A stretch of 60,042 bases of DNA, counting the filler, from Circinaria calcarea (Eukaryota), in the NCBI GenBank assembly GCA_051942165.1. It is 10 parts of 10 records of this genome, joined end to end, with 100 filler letters (N's around TTAATTAATTAA, not from the genome) between each part and the next. Parts side by side here need not be neighbours in the genome. Positions count along the whole stretch, not along the records: positions 18,076 to 23,994 come from JAVECS010001743.1; positions 24,095 to 30,013 come from JAVECS010001744.1; positions 30,114 to 36,027 come from JAVECS010001745.1; 7 more parts are not named here. One strand, given 5' to 3'. Both the position numbers and the translations under genes were made by a program. Below are positions 22,701-34,353 of the stretch, piece by piece. Under the pieces are notes generated by a model, which was given only the letters and a program-made list of their open reading frames with translations, searched no databases and was not told the DNA's origin. Position 1 is the stretch's first letter; the number at the start of each line of letters is the position of its first letter.

Positions 22701-23042
22701 TCCAACGAATGACTCGAACGGTCCATGACTTGCTGAACCACGAGGATTGATACCCGGTGTTTGGATGATCTCGGTGATTCTTAACCCGTACGCTGTTATT
22801 AGCTTTGGCGTAGATGGTATTAGCTGCTCGAAGAGCGCGCCAAGCCTTCGAGCAGTCTTGTGCGGTAGACCTTCTTCCGCAGCATTTCGTATCCTGCTTG
22901 AAAGTGCTGAGCCGAGAGCAGTGAATTCTACCGGCGCCTCCACTTTCAAGAGAGAAAAATCAAATTTCAAGTTAGCAAGCGACAAAGAGTTCTCGTTGGC
23001 TGCCGACAAAATGGAATTGGTGATTCTCCCAAGTGACCCCAT
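19776..23042 (-). CDS. 1088-aa intronless hypothetical protein
   Basis: Uninterrupted 3.27-kb ORF. N-terminus LANLKFDFSLLKVEAP..LG.ALS..AEEG..H.TARRLGALF resembles uncharacterised filamentous-ascomycete proteins (recollection). No catalytic motif recognised. Confidence 0.85.
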   Translation of the reverse strand: MGSLGRITNSILSAANENSLSLANLKFDFSLLKVEAPVEFTALGSALSSRIRNAAEEGLPHKTARRLGALFEQLIPSTPKLITAYGLRITEIIQTPGINPRGSASHGPFESFVGADGTAIWAAATSGISALGIYLLACLLARAWDAKESISIWVELVAGRRSEIEKAFKENHLISESSLLSARQDITRQDLALWDASTRAWLRSADQAKVWEQNQLMLILKNINIPFNGGPSTYAKVIEAWQQAMNGVESLLCGKPQSICSASVLLALSAWHLFPDLIVLGTETANVKFKDPLVPRTGIGTIGVQSRASNTGTQWSLTLSHLRYYGGPVHVRSNTEFTRVTIHQLHLITLGSMFGAWKVRSVDFTAAAQWFAGLWGALTQVNLEIKNPQSTSDLRWLYNLAQAAEALLSPEKKKHSENLFLLRYGQRRAKTFLCQDLYKLSPFFGLCNPSILVGLSNKLDIECGFRYLRDLAKRCGMKSNEAIIAYEHKPHEKSCYFIEFATAVPHEKTSRKRDANGDAINEKVHVRWLHCISEIGDPGSAEYESRINNEFTQKYSQLRIGELSAQHENGIYTQNGPKIIKRHLHWVNPPPLYRLFPSSANSLDEPTTSNICPSVLDSKHSCGCFTPDQPISSGPKCPSKCEGGQVSSDLDGQTMVQFCPLHVMWPLGLYARKEVHGHCPIEDDCPSKYSQRAKAARNDLISPPLSLKELTDPSTCKGRLADYIRCLTSTSDEESDEQHKRAPGMYLMADSHTFPPLCIRSLHAMTLASQVYEDLDGATISLKVVSDSLHTALWIPSSPTASFIASKPEEQSAKLECPVLQAMAVVELDRLGTFACIAMFESGTLHLDPEDLESTLALCSGNSIYVAGAVLSDPFDIVPGYDVKRIVGSIGHSGICMLVAPQDPQIRSLSDKYNVVTHAMYDSKRENNFKATTLHLSFTDWTLPLETEGTRTIDQDVHFVECVISALDCGEWVADLDILAVDFEGLNRFKIDCQCPTPHNSSSKYDYTSLDSWEEVLDGPESVGIFRAHRNWAARLAAVSIISQKGQAHSVGIFGTEKVCLRCLEISYEKPGWDLLKFESPLPSFCID

Positions 23043-23994
23043 GGTGGTTTAGGATGGAAGGGATATGAGATATCCATCGATGAACGAACTCGGAGCTTTT
23101 CAAAGAAAGCAACAGCACCAGTCTTAGGTACCCGTTAACCAAGGGGAATAAATAGCGCATCGTCGATTGCCTGCATAAATTGTAACCAGTAGTAATTGCA
23201 GACGAAGTAGCCCCGTTCAACCATTCTGCAGAAACCCGCATAATTTGCACCGACAAACCAGCTCCTGACACTACCACTTGTGAATAGACTCTAGATCTCG
23301 AACCCATCTACCAGCTGACTTCATAGCAGTTCCTCCGCATGAGGTTCCCCTCACTAACCCCATATTAATCGCTGATGGATTCAATCTCCCCAAATATCCG
23401 CCCTTAACCAACGCCATGATATTGTCAGTAGCTCCAACGCAGGACGGGGCGCCATAGGCCAGGCTAGAAAAAGTGATCACTGATTCTAGTAACAAAGATT
23501 GAGGTTCAAACCGCCCTGGATTGATTCTATGGGAGCTATTCTTACTATGTAGGGAATGAGATGCACGTATCCGCGTTTGTTATGCGCTGTTCCCCACTAC
23601 CATAGGCTGACCGAACCATGGGGCTAATCGGGCCCTCCAAGCACAACGAGCGGTTTTTGTCACCTCATACAGATGATAGTTGTATGGATATATTCCAACT
23701 TATCGCTCGAGTCCAGATTCGATGGAAGCAGAGCGCGCTACCATAGGGAGAGTCCGCAAGGCGCTGATATAGCTTCCTAAAATCATCGGTTCAGAAAATT
23801 TATGATGTAAATTTATGTCTGGAGGCTCCATCTAGTAAGTTTTACCGTAGAATACCCCCTCAACGCGGAAACCGCCTCGTATATTTTCCAAAGATATGAG
23901 TTGCTAATCTATATGGCTCCACCTCAATTAAAAAAACTCTCCCCTCCCTTTCACCAACGGAACCCCCATCCCCCCCCTCCGCTCCCTCCTATAA

Positions 23995-24094
23995 NNNNNN
24001 NNNNNNNNNNNNNNNNNNNNNNNNNNNNNNNNNNNNNNTTAATTAATTAANNNNNNNNNNNNNNNNNNNNNNNNNNNNNNNNNNNNNNNNNNNN
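23995..24094. other. Artificial contig spacer
   Basis: N44-TTAATTAATTAA-N44. Confidence 0.98.
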
Positions 24095-24494
24095 GAGTTA
24101 CTACATTCATACTTAGGTGGGACGGGTTGGTTCTGGGTTTAGAAGCTTTAGGAACGATCTTGAGTTGGGGTTTAGAGAGAGAAAGAGAGAGGCCTCAGGG
24201 AGAGGGGGATATTCGTTGGGGGAAAAGAGGCGGGAAAGGGGTATGGAGAGAGGGATAGGGAATCCGGAACCATTGTCACTGACACCGGATGCGTTACTTG
24301 TGTTTTTGGTGCCTTGAAAAATCCCCATAGCAGCCAGATTTGATTCGACAGATAAATAACCAGGTTGCAATTGTGTGGCTTATCTAGTATCTAATGTGCC
24401 CCAGTCGTCGTGCAACGTGAGGAATTAGCTAGCTGTGTCTGAGACTATGAGACTTGCTTTGCCGTTGTAGGAGGAAGGGGAGGTTTTCGCATAT

Positions 24495-25422
24495 TCATTC
24501 TTCATCTTCGTCTTCGGATTCTTCAATTGTAGTTTGTGCAATCCCTATACGATTAAACAATCAGCCAACTTGTCAATTGTGCAACAAGCCCCCTTTATCT
24601 CCACGGATCTGCAAATCAATACCTGGTATTTTCAGTCCATCAAGAATGTAGAGTTTCCACTTACGATCCAAATCCCTCCTTCCACTTTGCGTAATCCTCC
24701 GGCCCCCTTTGTCCTCATCCTGTTCCAGTACACCAATCTTCTCCAACGCTTGCATCACCTTCCTATCTACACTGCCGCTCGCGTCAACGTGGTGGCTGGG
24801 CCTGGAACCGCGGTTCTTGGTGGAGCCATGGACTTTTCTAAGACGGCCAACCCCAACGGTTTTGCGGAGGTAAATGTGTCGGGCTACAGAGGCGGCGCGG
24901 GTGTAGAACCTGGTGGAGAAAGTGTGTTAGTATGAATTGAGGAGTGAAATGACATGTCAAAGACTTGAAAGCGCGAAGGATATGGATCATAGGTGGAGAG
25001 ACATACCAGTCGATGGATTGTGGGGGAAGTTCATTCGAGTGAGAGGTTTTGACTGTATCGACCCAACCTGTGCTCGCAAACGAGTTATAAATCTGTAACC
25101 GTTTCGAATCTGTTCCGTGGCGACATATCCCTTCCGTCTTGTGTACAAGGAGCGTGGCTTAGACGAACCTGGAATTGGTAGCTTTCCTTGTCTCTTCAGG
25201 AAAGCCGAGTATGCGTTAATGAATTTTTGCGCCTAAAGAAATGGGGCATATCAGTCGCTGTTCGACTGTCATAGTTCACATTGCAAAACCTCCACTGCCT
25301 CGTCTCGTTATGGGCATGGTGTTCTGTAATGGCTGCTCTAATTCTGGTTTTGCTGTCGCCGTCCATCTTGAGTCTGGAGGAAAACTCACATCCACGTCAC
25401 GAACACTGACACCTCCAGGCAT
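24495..25422 (-). CDS. RPS19: 40S ribosomal protein S19 (eS19), 5 exons
   Basis: MPGGVSVRDVD | AQKFINAYSAFLKRQGKLPIP | WVDTVKTSHSNELPPQSIDW | FYTRAASVARHIYLRKTVGVG..GGRRITQSGRRDLDR | IAQTTIEESEDEDEE*. Confidence 0.97.
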
Positions 25423-25644
25423 AATTACGGTTTCTGTTGGGTCGCGATCAACTGGTGGGTACGGTGTCTCTGCTTGAAGTTATTTCTCTCGAGTCACAAA
25501 CTTTGAAATTCAAGGGTTGGTCTGTGGGTGAAGCACTCGCTTACTGTAATAGCGGAAAGTCTGGAGCAATACCCAAATTTACCGAAATTTTTTAATCATG
25601 CCCACCAAATTCCGGCCTAGGGGGTCAAATCGCAGAAACTTAAA

Positions 25645-25704
25645 TATATAAAATTGAATATTATTATTACTTATATAAAATTGAATATTATTATTACTTA
25701 TATA
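25645..25704. repeat. AT-rich 27-bp tandem repeat
   Basis: TATATAAAATTGAATATTATTATTACT twice, plus a partial copy. Confidence 0.85.
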
Positions 25705-26981
25705 ATATTGTAAGATCATAGACTACTTTAGTTGAAAAGTATCTAAGCTAAAGTATGTGGTGATATGAGGCACGAATAACACGATGGCTATACGCAGTAT
25801 ATGCAAGAACTAATCATTACAGGAGTGTACCAAAGGGTGCTAGGATAGGCTAGACTTGTATAAGGGATAGAGTCACTCCATGGTGCACGATTACCTGGGA
25901 CGTAATGGGTATCGATTATTGTCCCAGTTGTTGGTGCCTATGAGCATGCTATCCTAAAGAGCGGGAATAGCCTGCCTATATAGTCACCTTGCTCGCTCCA
26001 CGTTTACGGTGGCCTCGATAAGCATCGGGCTCTCTTGGTTTGGACGATGATTGCAGCTTGCTTCACGACCTAGAGCCTTCCAAAAGCAGCCGCACTTTCT
26101 TTCGCGGATCGGGCGCTCGGTCGACCAACTGCAAAAGCTCTCCCTTGAGCTCCCTACATACCTCACGCTGTTTGGCTAATTCATCTTTCTTTATCGATGT
26201 GATCGAATGAAGAGTAGCAAGGACAGTAGAGGAGGCCAATTTGACGAGGGCTAGTGGTGTTGAACTAAGGGAGCTCAAAATTCACAGTGAAAACCTAAAC
26301 GAGGAAGAGAAAGAGGATGGCAGTCCCAAGGGGTTTTTATGTTGTAGGTTGATAGTGACACATAGAACATCAACACTAACTGTGTTGATACAATTTAGCA
26401 ACAGGGAACAAAAGAACACTAGGAATCTTTGAATGAATATGATTTGATGTCCCGTATTCTTTACCCGATTGGAATCCACCCGGACGACAGAATGCGGAAG
26501 GCCATTGTTGGGAGGATACCTTCAGTGATACTTTGCTCCCCGATTCGACAACTCTTACCTTACACTTCTAAGCTTGCCGCTACTTACCCGGGGCAAGCCT
26601 AGAGGGGTAAGTATAATCGTGTAGGTACTACTTTGGAACGCAGTAACTGCTTTATCGAGCAGCTCCAGGCTGACCTCAATCTGGAGAACCCCATTGCAAT
26701 TGGCTAGACTAAGTCATGAAGTAACGAGGCACACTTTGGTCTTTGGTAGATGGATGATAGAGTACTTGCAAAGTCATACCAGAAAGTGGGTGTTTGGCCT
26801 AACTCGATTTGATTAGCTCTTTTACGGAAGCTCTTTTCTACATGAATGGCAAGTTTCTGGAATATTCGGGCCACCGCAATAATTATTCCATCCCTCATCT
26901 TGCCTTTTCCTTCTTACAGAAACTGACCATTTAGTTCTCATCTCGACTCTACCCTGGACTGATTAAACCATCACCAGCATC

Positions 26982-28181
26982 ATGTCGTGTGCGATCCGTC
27001 GGCCCTTTGCTATAGCATCAGCACTCAGGCAAATCCCAAAATCTACATCGATAGTCAACCGCGCATTCCACCAGGCCTCGCCCTTCAAACCCGCCAACGC
27101 CATTTTCACTTCAAAACCCACTTCACCCATCACCGCCATCGCAAAGTCCAGGAATGCCTTTCAACGTACCTACATGCAGCCTGCTGCTCCTATAAGCGGC
27201 CCCAACACCGGTAACTTGAAGCAGCGCCTCATCTACGGCGCTGGCATCTTCGGCGGTACTGTTTTGGCCATCAACCTTGTTTTCAACCGCGAAACCCGAG
27301 AAGATGGCGGCATGCCTCCATTTGAGCGGGAATTCTTAAATAGTGTTTTTATGCATACGGGTTTAGGTGTGGGCATCATCGGCGTGGCTGCTAGTGCCTT
27401 GCATCGAAGCGGATGGAGCTACAGGTTGATGTCAATGAACCCATGGCTGGTCATTGGCGGGAGTTTGGCCCTCAGCATCGGAGCTATGTATGGCACGTTT
27501 AACACTAACCCAGACAAGTGAGTACTCGTTTGAGCCACCCACCAGATGGGTTTGTTAGATTACCTTGCTGACAACCAACCTATAGTTATGTGCAGAAATA
27601 CGCACTCTGGGCAGGGTTCAATGTAGTACAAGCTGGAGTACTCTCGCCTCTTATGTTTATGTCACCCGCCATCCTCGCACGTGCCGGTCTATACACAGTT
27701 GCTATGATGGGTAGTATCGCCTTTGTTGGAGCTACAGCCAAGCAGGAGAAGGTGAGCTGATCTGCCTATCCGTGGCCATTATTGGCTTAATTAACCGTTT
27801 TCTTTTTAGTATCTATACCTGGGTGGACCATTACTCGCGGGAGTTGCTCTGGTCGCTGTCTCCGGTCTTGCTCCCCTGGTCCTTCCTGCCACCGCCGCAA
27901 AAACACTAATATGGACGGAGAATATCTGGCTTTGGGGAGGCCTTGCCGTCTTCGGTGGCTTCACCCTTTATGACGTCCAGAAAATTCTACATCATGCGCG
28001 ACTGGCAGAGCGAGGATTGATAAAGAAGGACGTCGTAAATGAATCTATCTCACTGGAGCTTGATTTCCTCAACATATTCATTCGGTAAGTGATAAACTCA
28101 TTCTGTGGGGTATTTCATTGCTAACGTCCCCTTTCTAGGATGGTCCAGATATTGGGAATGTCGCAAAGGAGGAATAAGTAG
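26982..28181 (+). CDS. Bax inhibitor-1 family mitochondrial protein (GHITM/MICS1-like), 4 exons
   Basis: Presequence-like N-terminus, FNRETREDGG, ARAGLYT..MGSIAFVGATA, LYLGGPLLAG, GGLAVFGGFTLYDVQKI, SISLELDFLNIFIRMV. Confidence 0.88.
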
Positions 28182-28299
28182 GAGAGAATCCCACTCTCGG
28201 TTTATGAAATTTGGTATTGGAGGTGGGATATGAGATCGATTTGCATTGCGCCAGGCGTCGGTATTGGGTTAGGCAACTTTAACATTAAATAGTCACATC

Positions 28300-30013
28300 C
28301 AAGCAGTTCTCGCCTCTCCTCTCAAGACCCGAAAATAGGTTTGGCGCTATGTACGCCCCTTTTTCCTGCCATTTTTGGCGCTGCAATCCGTTTGTTACGG
28401 ACCACGCCACTTCCCATTCACATTCCTGGTTCATCTGTACCGAGGGAATCAGTGACTTCCTTGAAGCGTCCGTTCTACCTAAATCTCCCGGACAAGGTTC
28501 GTGCGCTCGAAAGTGTAGTCCATCACCAGTGCATATGCTTTCTTCTTGTTCTCCTTACAGACATCTCACATCCAGCACGCGGGAAACGACCAAACCGGTG
28601 AATTCTCAACTCCGGTTTTCATGTCCGAGGGGCGCCTGACCTTCCCCACGCTTATGATTAGCTGTTTGTCGAAACGGCTACACAGCCCGAACAACTCGCA
28701 CGTCTCGCACTGAGCTTTGGTTGGGGGGTTGATGCCCTGCCCTGGAACATGCATATTCGCAAGATTAGTATCTGAGAGAAAACGACCGTTGATAAAGTTA
28801 ATTTCTTGTGCCTCATTTCCCCTCCTCCTGCCGCTGAGATATCCCCTTGCGTGGATGGATTCTAATTGAAAACGAACGTCTCCTGGAAAGAATCAGCTTC
28901 AGGCACCAATTGACTATATGGTAAAGTGGATCGAGGATAACGAGGCATTTCTTGCTTGCCGCAACACCCCATATCCTGGACTAGCCCACCAAGTGTTACA
29001 AAGTGTGGGAGCTTCCCGAAGCTTTAACACCAAGCTTCTCGCAACAAGCCCTTCACGGTTATTGAAACGTCTTGGCCGCTCGGGGAAATCTGCTTTCCAC
29101 AACCACCTTAGATCCCGAGTGTAAGGCTTTTGCTTCCTACTCGTGAATTCCCTTTTCCGCACTTGTATTATCCCCCTCAGATTATGTCCGATGTGTGTGG
29201 CATCGAGTAGGAGGGTCTCTGTAATCGGCGAGTTGATCTTGCCGATTAGTACATCGGTGAATTTTATCCTTGGCAATATAAAACAGGATTCCGATCACAG
29301 CTTCATAGTACTCCTCTAACTCTGCCTGGAAAGAACTGAAAGCAGGGATAGCTCGAATGGTTTCTGTTCTGCTTTACTGCGGAATTCTCACACAGTTATG
29401 GAATGTTTAATTTACGAAACGGGCCAGCGTTTTAACGTTACTCGTGCAGACTCGAAAATCGAAGATGTTTTTATCATCTTGTTATATATACCCTTAACAT
29501 TAATCCGCGATTTACCGAACTGGCCTTATGCTCCTCTCCTCGTCATATTATTGGAAAGCAAATCCGAAAATCGCCTGGAAAACTCAAAGCGGATTCAAGG
29601 GCTTAGAGGAATTTTTAGGCTAGGAATCCCCTTTTCCAAGTTATCAGCTAACCTTCTGGTTTGTATCCGATATCTGATTTGATGCGTGATCCATGCCCAA
29701 CGCAAGTTCTTGGTAGTCTGGCGTGTGCGCGGTAACCAGATGATTCAATAGAGCAACAGCATATTCGCAAAATCGGAAAAGGTTGTAGGGGTCGGTGGAA
29801 AGCCCGTTCGGCAGCGGCATCATGTCAAGATTGGTGAGGTAGAGGTCCACCGGAGGGGGTTTGCGTGGGAAGCCTCCTTGGATTCGGTAATACAGCATCT
29901 CCTCGCCGGCGACGATCTCTTCCCCCTAGAAGACACGATTAAGCCCCGAAAGGTACTTTGGTATTAAGCCGATAATAAAAACACACCCCAACTCTCGCGT
30001 CATCGCCGCCGCC
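28300..30013 (-). pseudogene. Possible degenerate gene of unknown family
   Basis: Three co-oriented ORF pieces (29644-29898, 28914-29276, 28566-28754). Protein-like text continues through stops (FPACWM*DVCKENKKKAYALVMDYTFERTNLVREI*). Boundaries are approximate. Confidence 0.25.
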
Positions 30014-30113
30014 NNNNNNNNNNNNNNNNNNNNNNNNNNNNNNNNNNNNNNNNNNNNTTAATTAATTAANNNNNNNNNNNNNNNNNNNNNNNNNNNNNNN
30101 NNNNNNNNNNNNN
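30014..30113. other. Artificial contig spacer
   Basis: N44-TTAATTAATTAA-N44. Confidence 0.98.
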
Positions 30114-30739
30114 GGGGGGGAAAATGGGGGGGGGGGATGCTATCAGAATAGGCGTACTGTTCTGAAAAGTACGCGCCTTCGATGCGTGGCCGCCACACTC
30201 CCGTTTCGGCTTAGATGTGCGATCGTGATCTCGAGTTATCCATTCATTATCGCATTTCGAGTCTGCAAAAAAGCTCTCCACTCATCCTGCCTCAAAGACG
30301 TAAACAATGTCGACTTCATTGGTAACAGCGCAGGGTGAGGCGCGCTTCTTATTCGAGAGGGAGGACTGCGCCCTGTCATCTGAAACGGTTATCCCGTACC
30401 CCTCCCACCCTGCTGCCTGGGCGGATAGAGCAAGGCTTGCAAGGTACGAAGACCACACCATAGCCTTCTGTTCAACGTGAATACATTGAACTCGATATCT
30501 TCTCTATCCTTGCCTAGTATCCTGCGAATTGAATCACTTCTGCCGGTTCTCTCCCCTACCCGTGCCAAAGCCGATCTTTCATAACACTTCTCTTACCGAG
30601 GAATTGGGACAAACGTTGCGGAGGCAATTACCCTTGAATGGATTTCTTCAAAGCTTGCCACGCTAGTATTGTCGGAGTGTTGAAAGGTGAGGCTAATATG
30701 GCATCGGCCGCCATATCTTCTACATCCTAGTGGCCTTTT

Positions 30740-30910
30740 CCTGATAACCTCTTCCTGCCTCCCTCTTCTTGGCAATCTCTTCCTTGCAACCACTTGCTTT
30801 AAACATCCTGCTAGCAACCTCTTCCGGCAATCTCTTCTTTGCAACCACTTCCTGTAAGCCTCTTGCTGGCAACCTGTTTCGGCAACCTCTTCTGGCAACC
30901 TCTTCCAGGT
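30740..30910. repeat. Degenerate minisatellite with GCAACCTCTTC core
   Basis: About 8-10 variants of (G/T)GCAA(C/T)C(T/A)CTTC, with a higher-order 55-bp period (30771 vs 30826). Confidence 0.75.
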
Positions 30911-30976
30911 AGACCCCTTCGTCAACAATTTACTACCTTTCCAACCACCAAATTACAACCAATTTGCATCCACATC

Positions 30977-32654
30977 ATGACTGAAACCTCAACGCCCCAA
31001 TTCTTAGTTCGCAGCGCCCATGAATTAGGGCTATCTTCCTTGTATCATTCTCCTAGAGATACCAAACTCATATGCCTTCAACGCTTCATCCGGCTTTTTG
31101 GTTGCAGTGCCTGTTCCCTCATCCTTGCACTCTACCTAACCGAACTTGGCTTATCCGATGTCAAGATTGGGCTGTTCATGAGCCTGACTATGTTCGGTAA
31201 TGTGGTCATCGCCTTTGCCTTGACGCTTGTCTCGGACAAGCTGGGAAGAAGGAATGTGTTGTCAGCGGGTGCTGCGTTGATGGCGATCAGCGGAGTGTTG
31301 TTTGGTGTGACAAGTAACTATTGGGTGTTACTAGTGGCTGCAATACTCGGAATCCCGAGGTAAGTAACCTTTCTCGTGGTTGAAATGACATACCCAATGG
31401 ACAAAGACCCTCAACTGACGATCCCATGTAGTGGCAAGGAAATTGGCCCCTCCATGGCTATAGAAGATTCAGTCCTTGCTCAGCTTACGCCTTTCGAGGT
31501 CCGAAGCGACGTGTTCGCATGGTGCGGTCTGATCAGTTCCCTCGGTTAGCTAATCGTCTCTCTTTCTTTACGCAGAGACTTCTAACTCGGTTTTAGGTCA
31601 AGCGTTCGGTAACATATGCTGTGGTTGGATGGTGGAGCGTCTGCGATCAGCACATGGTTGGGACGCATTCCATCCTATCGCTTCGTTATTTTTGCATACA
31701 TAGGACTTGGGCTGATAAAGCTCCTGTCAACATTCTTCTTAAGCACAGATTGCGAAGTTGAGAAGAACAAGCAAGATGAAGAGACCTTGGATCATCCTTC
31801 GGAGACATCGCCATTGTTAACAACAAGCCGAAACATCCGGTCGCAAAAAACAGAGAGCTCGCTGATACCGCGATTGAGTAAGAAATCCTCGATCATACTC
31901 ATAAAGCTGTGCATCCTCTTCATGATAGACTCAATGGCGTCAGGACTGGTCCCTCAGTATGTGTTCCTGGTTTAGTTTGAATACAAGTATGAAGTATTGG
32001 CTAACTGGAGCTGTGTAATAGACCTTGGATTACTTACTTCTTCCATCAAAAATTCCACCTTACGGAGGGAATCTTGGGAACACTCTTCTTCTCAACGAGT
32101 ATCTTCTCGGCGTTTTCTAACTTGGTTGGCTCTGCTGTATCCAAACGGATCGGGCTTGTCAAGGTATTTATTCCCTCCTCCCGTGTAGTAAATGACGTCA
32201 AAAATTGTTTATAAACTTACCTTATCAACAGGCAATGGTCTTCACCAATCTTCCGTCGGCGGTACTGCTTACTCTAATCCCAGTCCCCAGTTCGCCGGTC
32301 CTCGCCGTCATCTTCCTTATCCTCAGACACTGCATGGACAACATGGACAATGGACCTCGCTCGGCGTTTATTGCTTCGGCTATCCTGCCTTCTGAAAGGA
32401 CAGTAGCTATGGGGATTGTGATTGTCGTCAAAGCTTCAAGTCGAAGCCTGGGCCCAGTAATGACTGGGCTTTTGGCGGGTGCCCGTCTTTTTTGGGTTGC
32501 ATTTGTGGTTGCCGGGTGCATGAAGATCCTCTACGATTTGGGATTGTTGGTGGTATTTGTAAACCATAGGACGCGAGAGGAGTTACATGAAGAGCCACGT
32601 AGACAGGGTGACGATGAAGTCAATGTGGGAAATCATGAAAGGAGGGATGATTAG
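30977..32654 (+). CDS. MFS transporter (5 exons) with an apparent frameshift at ~31665
   Basis: DTKLICLQRFIRLF, SDKLGRRNVL (MFS motif A), GKEIGP..IE.SVLAQLT, SKRIGLVK|AMVFTNLPS, MDNGPRSAFIA..LPSERT..MG. Confidence 0.85.
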
Positions 32655-33062
32655 GCTTTGAGCCTTGTCTGGGGGATATTGTTTCATATGAATAGATAGG
32701 ACATCAAAAACATGACTTGCCATGAAAAGTAATCAGTAGTCAAATACCCGTAACCAAAGGAGGAAACGTAAGCTATCAAAGTGCCAAATTTTAGAGTTGA
32801 TAGAATGAAAACCTACCTAAGTAAATTGCTTGATTTAGATCTTGATTGACTATCCTTGAGAGTCGAGGGATGATAAAAATGGATGTTCGGGTCTGTGGAC
32901 TCCTACATGGCTGATATAATGGAGGTACTATATGCGTGTTGTTGAGTACTCTGCGTAGAATGTTTACAGGTGCTGCTCCCAGCCTGTTATACTATATTAA
33001 GCAAGTAACCGGGTAATCAAGAGAATGTCCATGTAATTTTTCTAAAATACGTCACTTGTGTG

Positions 33063-33101
33063 TTTCAGCCCTACATCGCTTATGGTAGCTTTCAGCCCTA
33101 C
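33063..33101 (+). promoter_or_regulatory. Duplicated TTTCAGCCCTAC motif upstream of BCD1
   Basis: Exact 12-mer twice, 27 bp apart, 90-125 bp before the ATG. Confidence 0.45.
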
Positions 33102-33189
33102 TTTCCATCTGGCGAATTTAACCCTATCTATTCCATATCGCATGTAAATCCTCCAAATTCTTTCCACGACCAGTTTCATCTACCTCGTC

Positions 33190-34353
33190 ATGGCAACAGA
33201 ATCCCTCCTCCTCGCAGACCTGTGTAAGATCTGGTCAGTCCATTCCCAACAGCCCTCAACTCTAGCTAACTCACTCCCAACCCTAGTCACACCAATCCCC
33301 CCAAGTACCGCTGCCCTCGCTGCTCCACCCGCACCTGTTCCCTCACCTGCATCAAACGACACAAGCTATGGGCGTTATGCAACGGCATACGCGATCCAGC
33401 CGCTTACAAAACGAGAGACCAGTTAGCAACGCCTACCAGCATCGATCAAGACTACAACTTCATTGCCGGTATTGAGCGGGGCCTGGAAGGCGCGGAGAGA
33501 GATTCTAGAGCAAGAGGCGTGCCGTTAAAAGAGAAAGCCGTGACGAGGGATGGACCGGTAAAAGGCGAGGTGAATTTACGACAGGCGCTTGAGAGATCGG
33601 GGGTTAGAATTGAGAAGGCGCCCGTTGGGATGAGTAGGAGTAGGCAGAATAAGACGAGCTGGAGTAAGAAGTGTGTCCTTACCATTTTGTTGTCCAATGG
33701 AAAAGTGTTGATTGAATCTCTAAAGCCAGCGCTGTATATCCTGGACTATTGAATGGGTCCTCGACGACAGCCGCAGAGCGCTGGGTAATTGTCTGGATAA
33801 CCAAGCGATATCCGAAGCGTACGCTAAAGAATTTCAACCATCGCAAGCACAAAAGCAGCCACCGAAGAAGAAACGCAAACTCCAAGTCGCAGCGCCTCCG
33901 GATCCCGATGAAGCTCCTTCAACCAATCCTGCCACCGATGCACTTCATCCATTTCTGCCAGAATCTCTCCACCCACCTCCTCCGGCCCCTTCAGAACCAC
34001 CAACACCCTTATCACCCAGCCCAGCCCTCCACTTTTACCTCCACATCCCACGCACTTCCGTTCCCACCAAGAAGACAGCTCTCGTCCCTCTGTCCCGAAC
34101 CTCCACCCTCGCCGGCGTCCTTCGCAGTCGCATCGTTCTCGAGTTCCCAACCATTTACGCTCTGAAACAGCCACCTGAGAGCTTACCGGAAGACTTTATG
34201 CTACTTGAGGAGAGGGGCGGAGGAGGAGGGAAGGTGGAGGATATGTTGACAATGCTTGGAAATGAGTTAGATCATGATGCGTCGGGTGAGGGTATAAAAG
34301 TGAAAATTGAAGAGGAGGAAGGAAGGGCTACAGGGACAGGAGCAGGGGTATAG
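33190..34353 (+). CDS. BCD1: Box C/D snoRNA protein 1 (zf-HIT), 3 exons
   Basis: Spliced LCKIC|HTNPPKYRCPRCSTRTCSLTCIKRHKLWALCNGIRDP, DQDYNFIAGIER, APVGMSRSRQNKT, ISWTIEW, VLRSRIVLEFPTIY. Stop TAG at 34351-34353. Confidence 0.9.

Noticed and set aside
25233..25389. snoRNA in RPS19 intron 1 (CAGTCG/CGACTG hairpin near CTGA)
   Set aside because: No convincing C box/D box pair with a terminal stem. The CTGA overlaps the likely branch point.
25984..26480. Short ORFs between RPS19 and the GHITM-like gene
   Set aside because: All under 75 aa with no motif or convincing gene structure.
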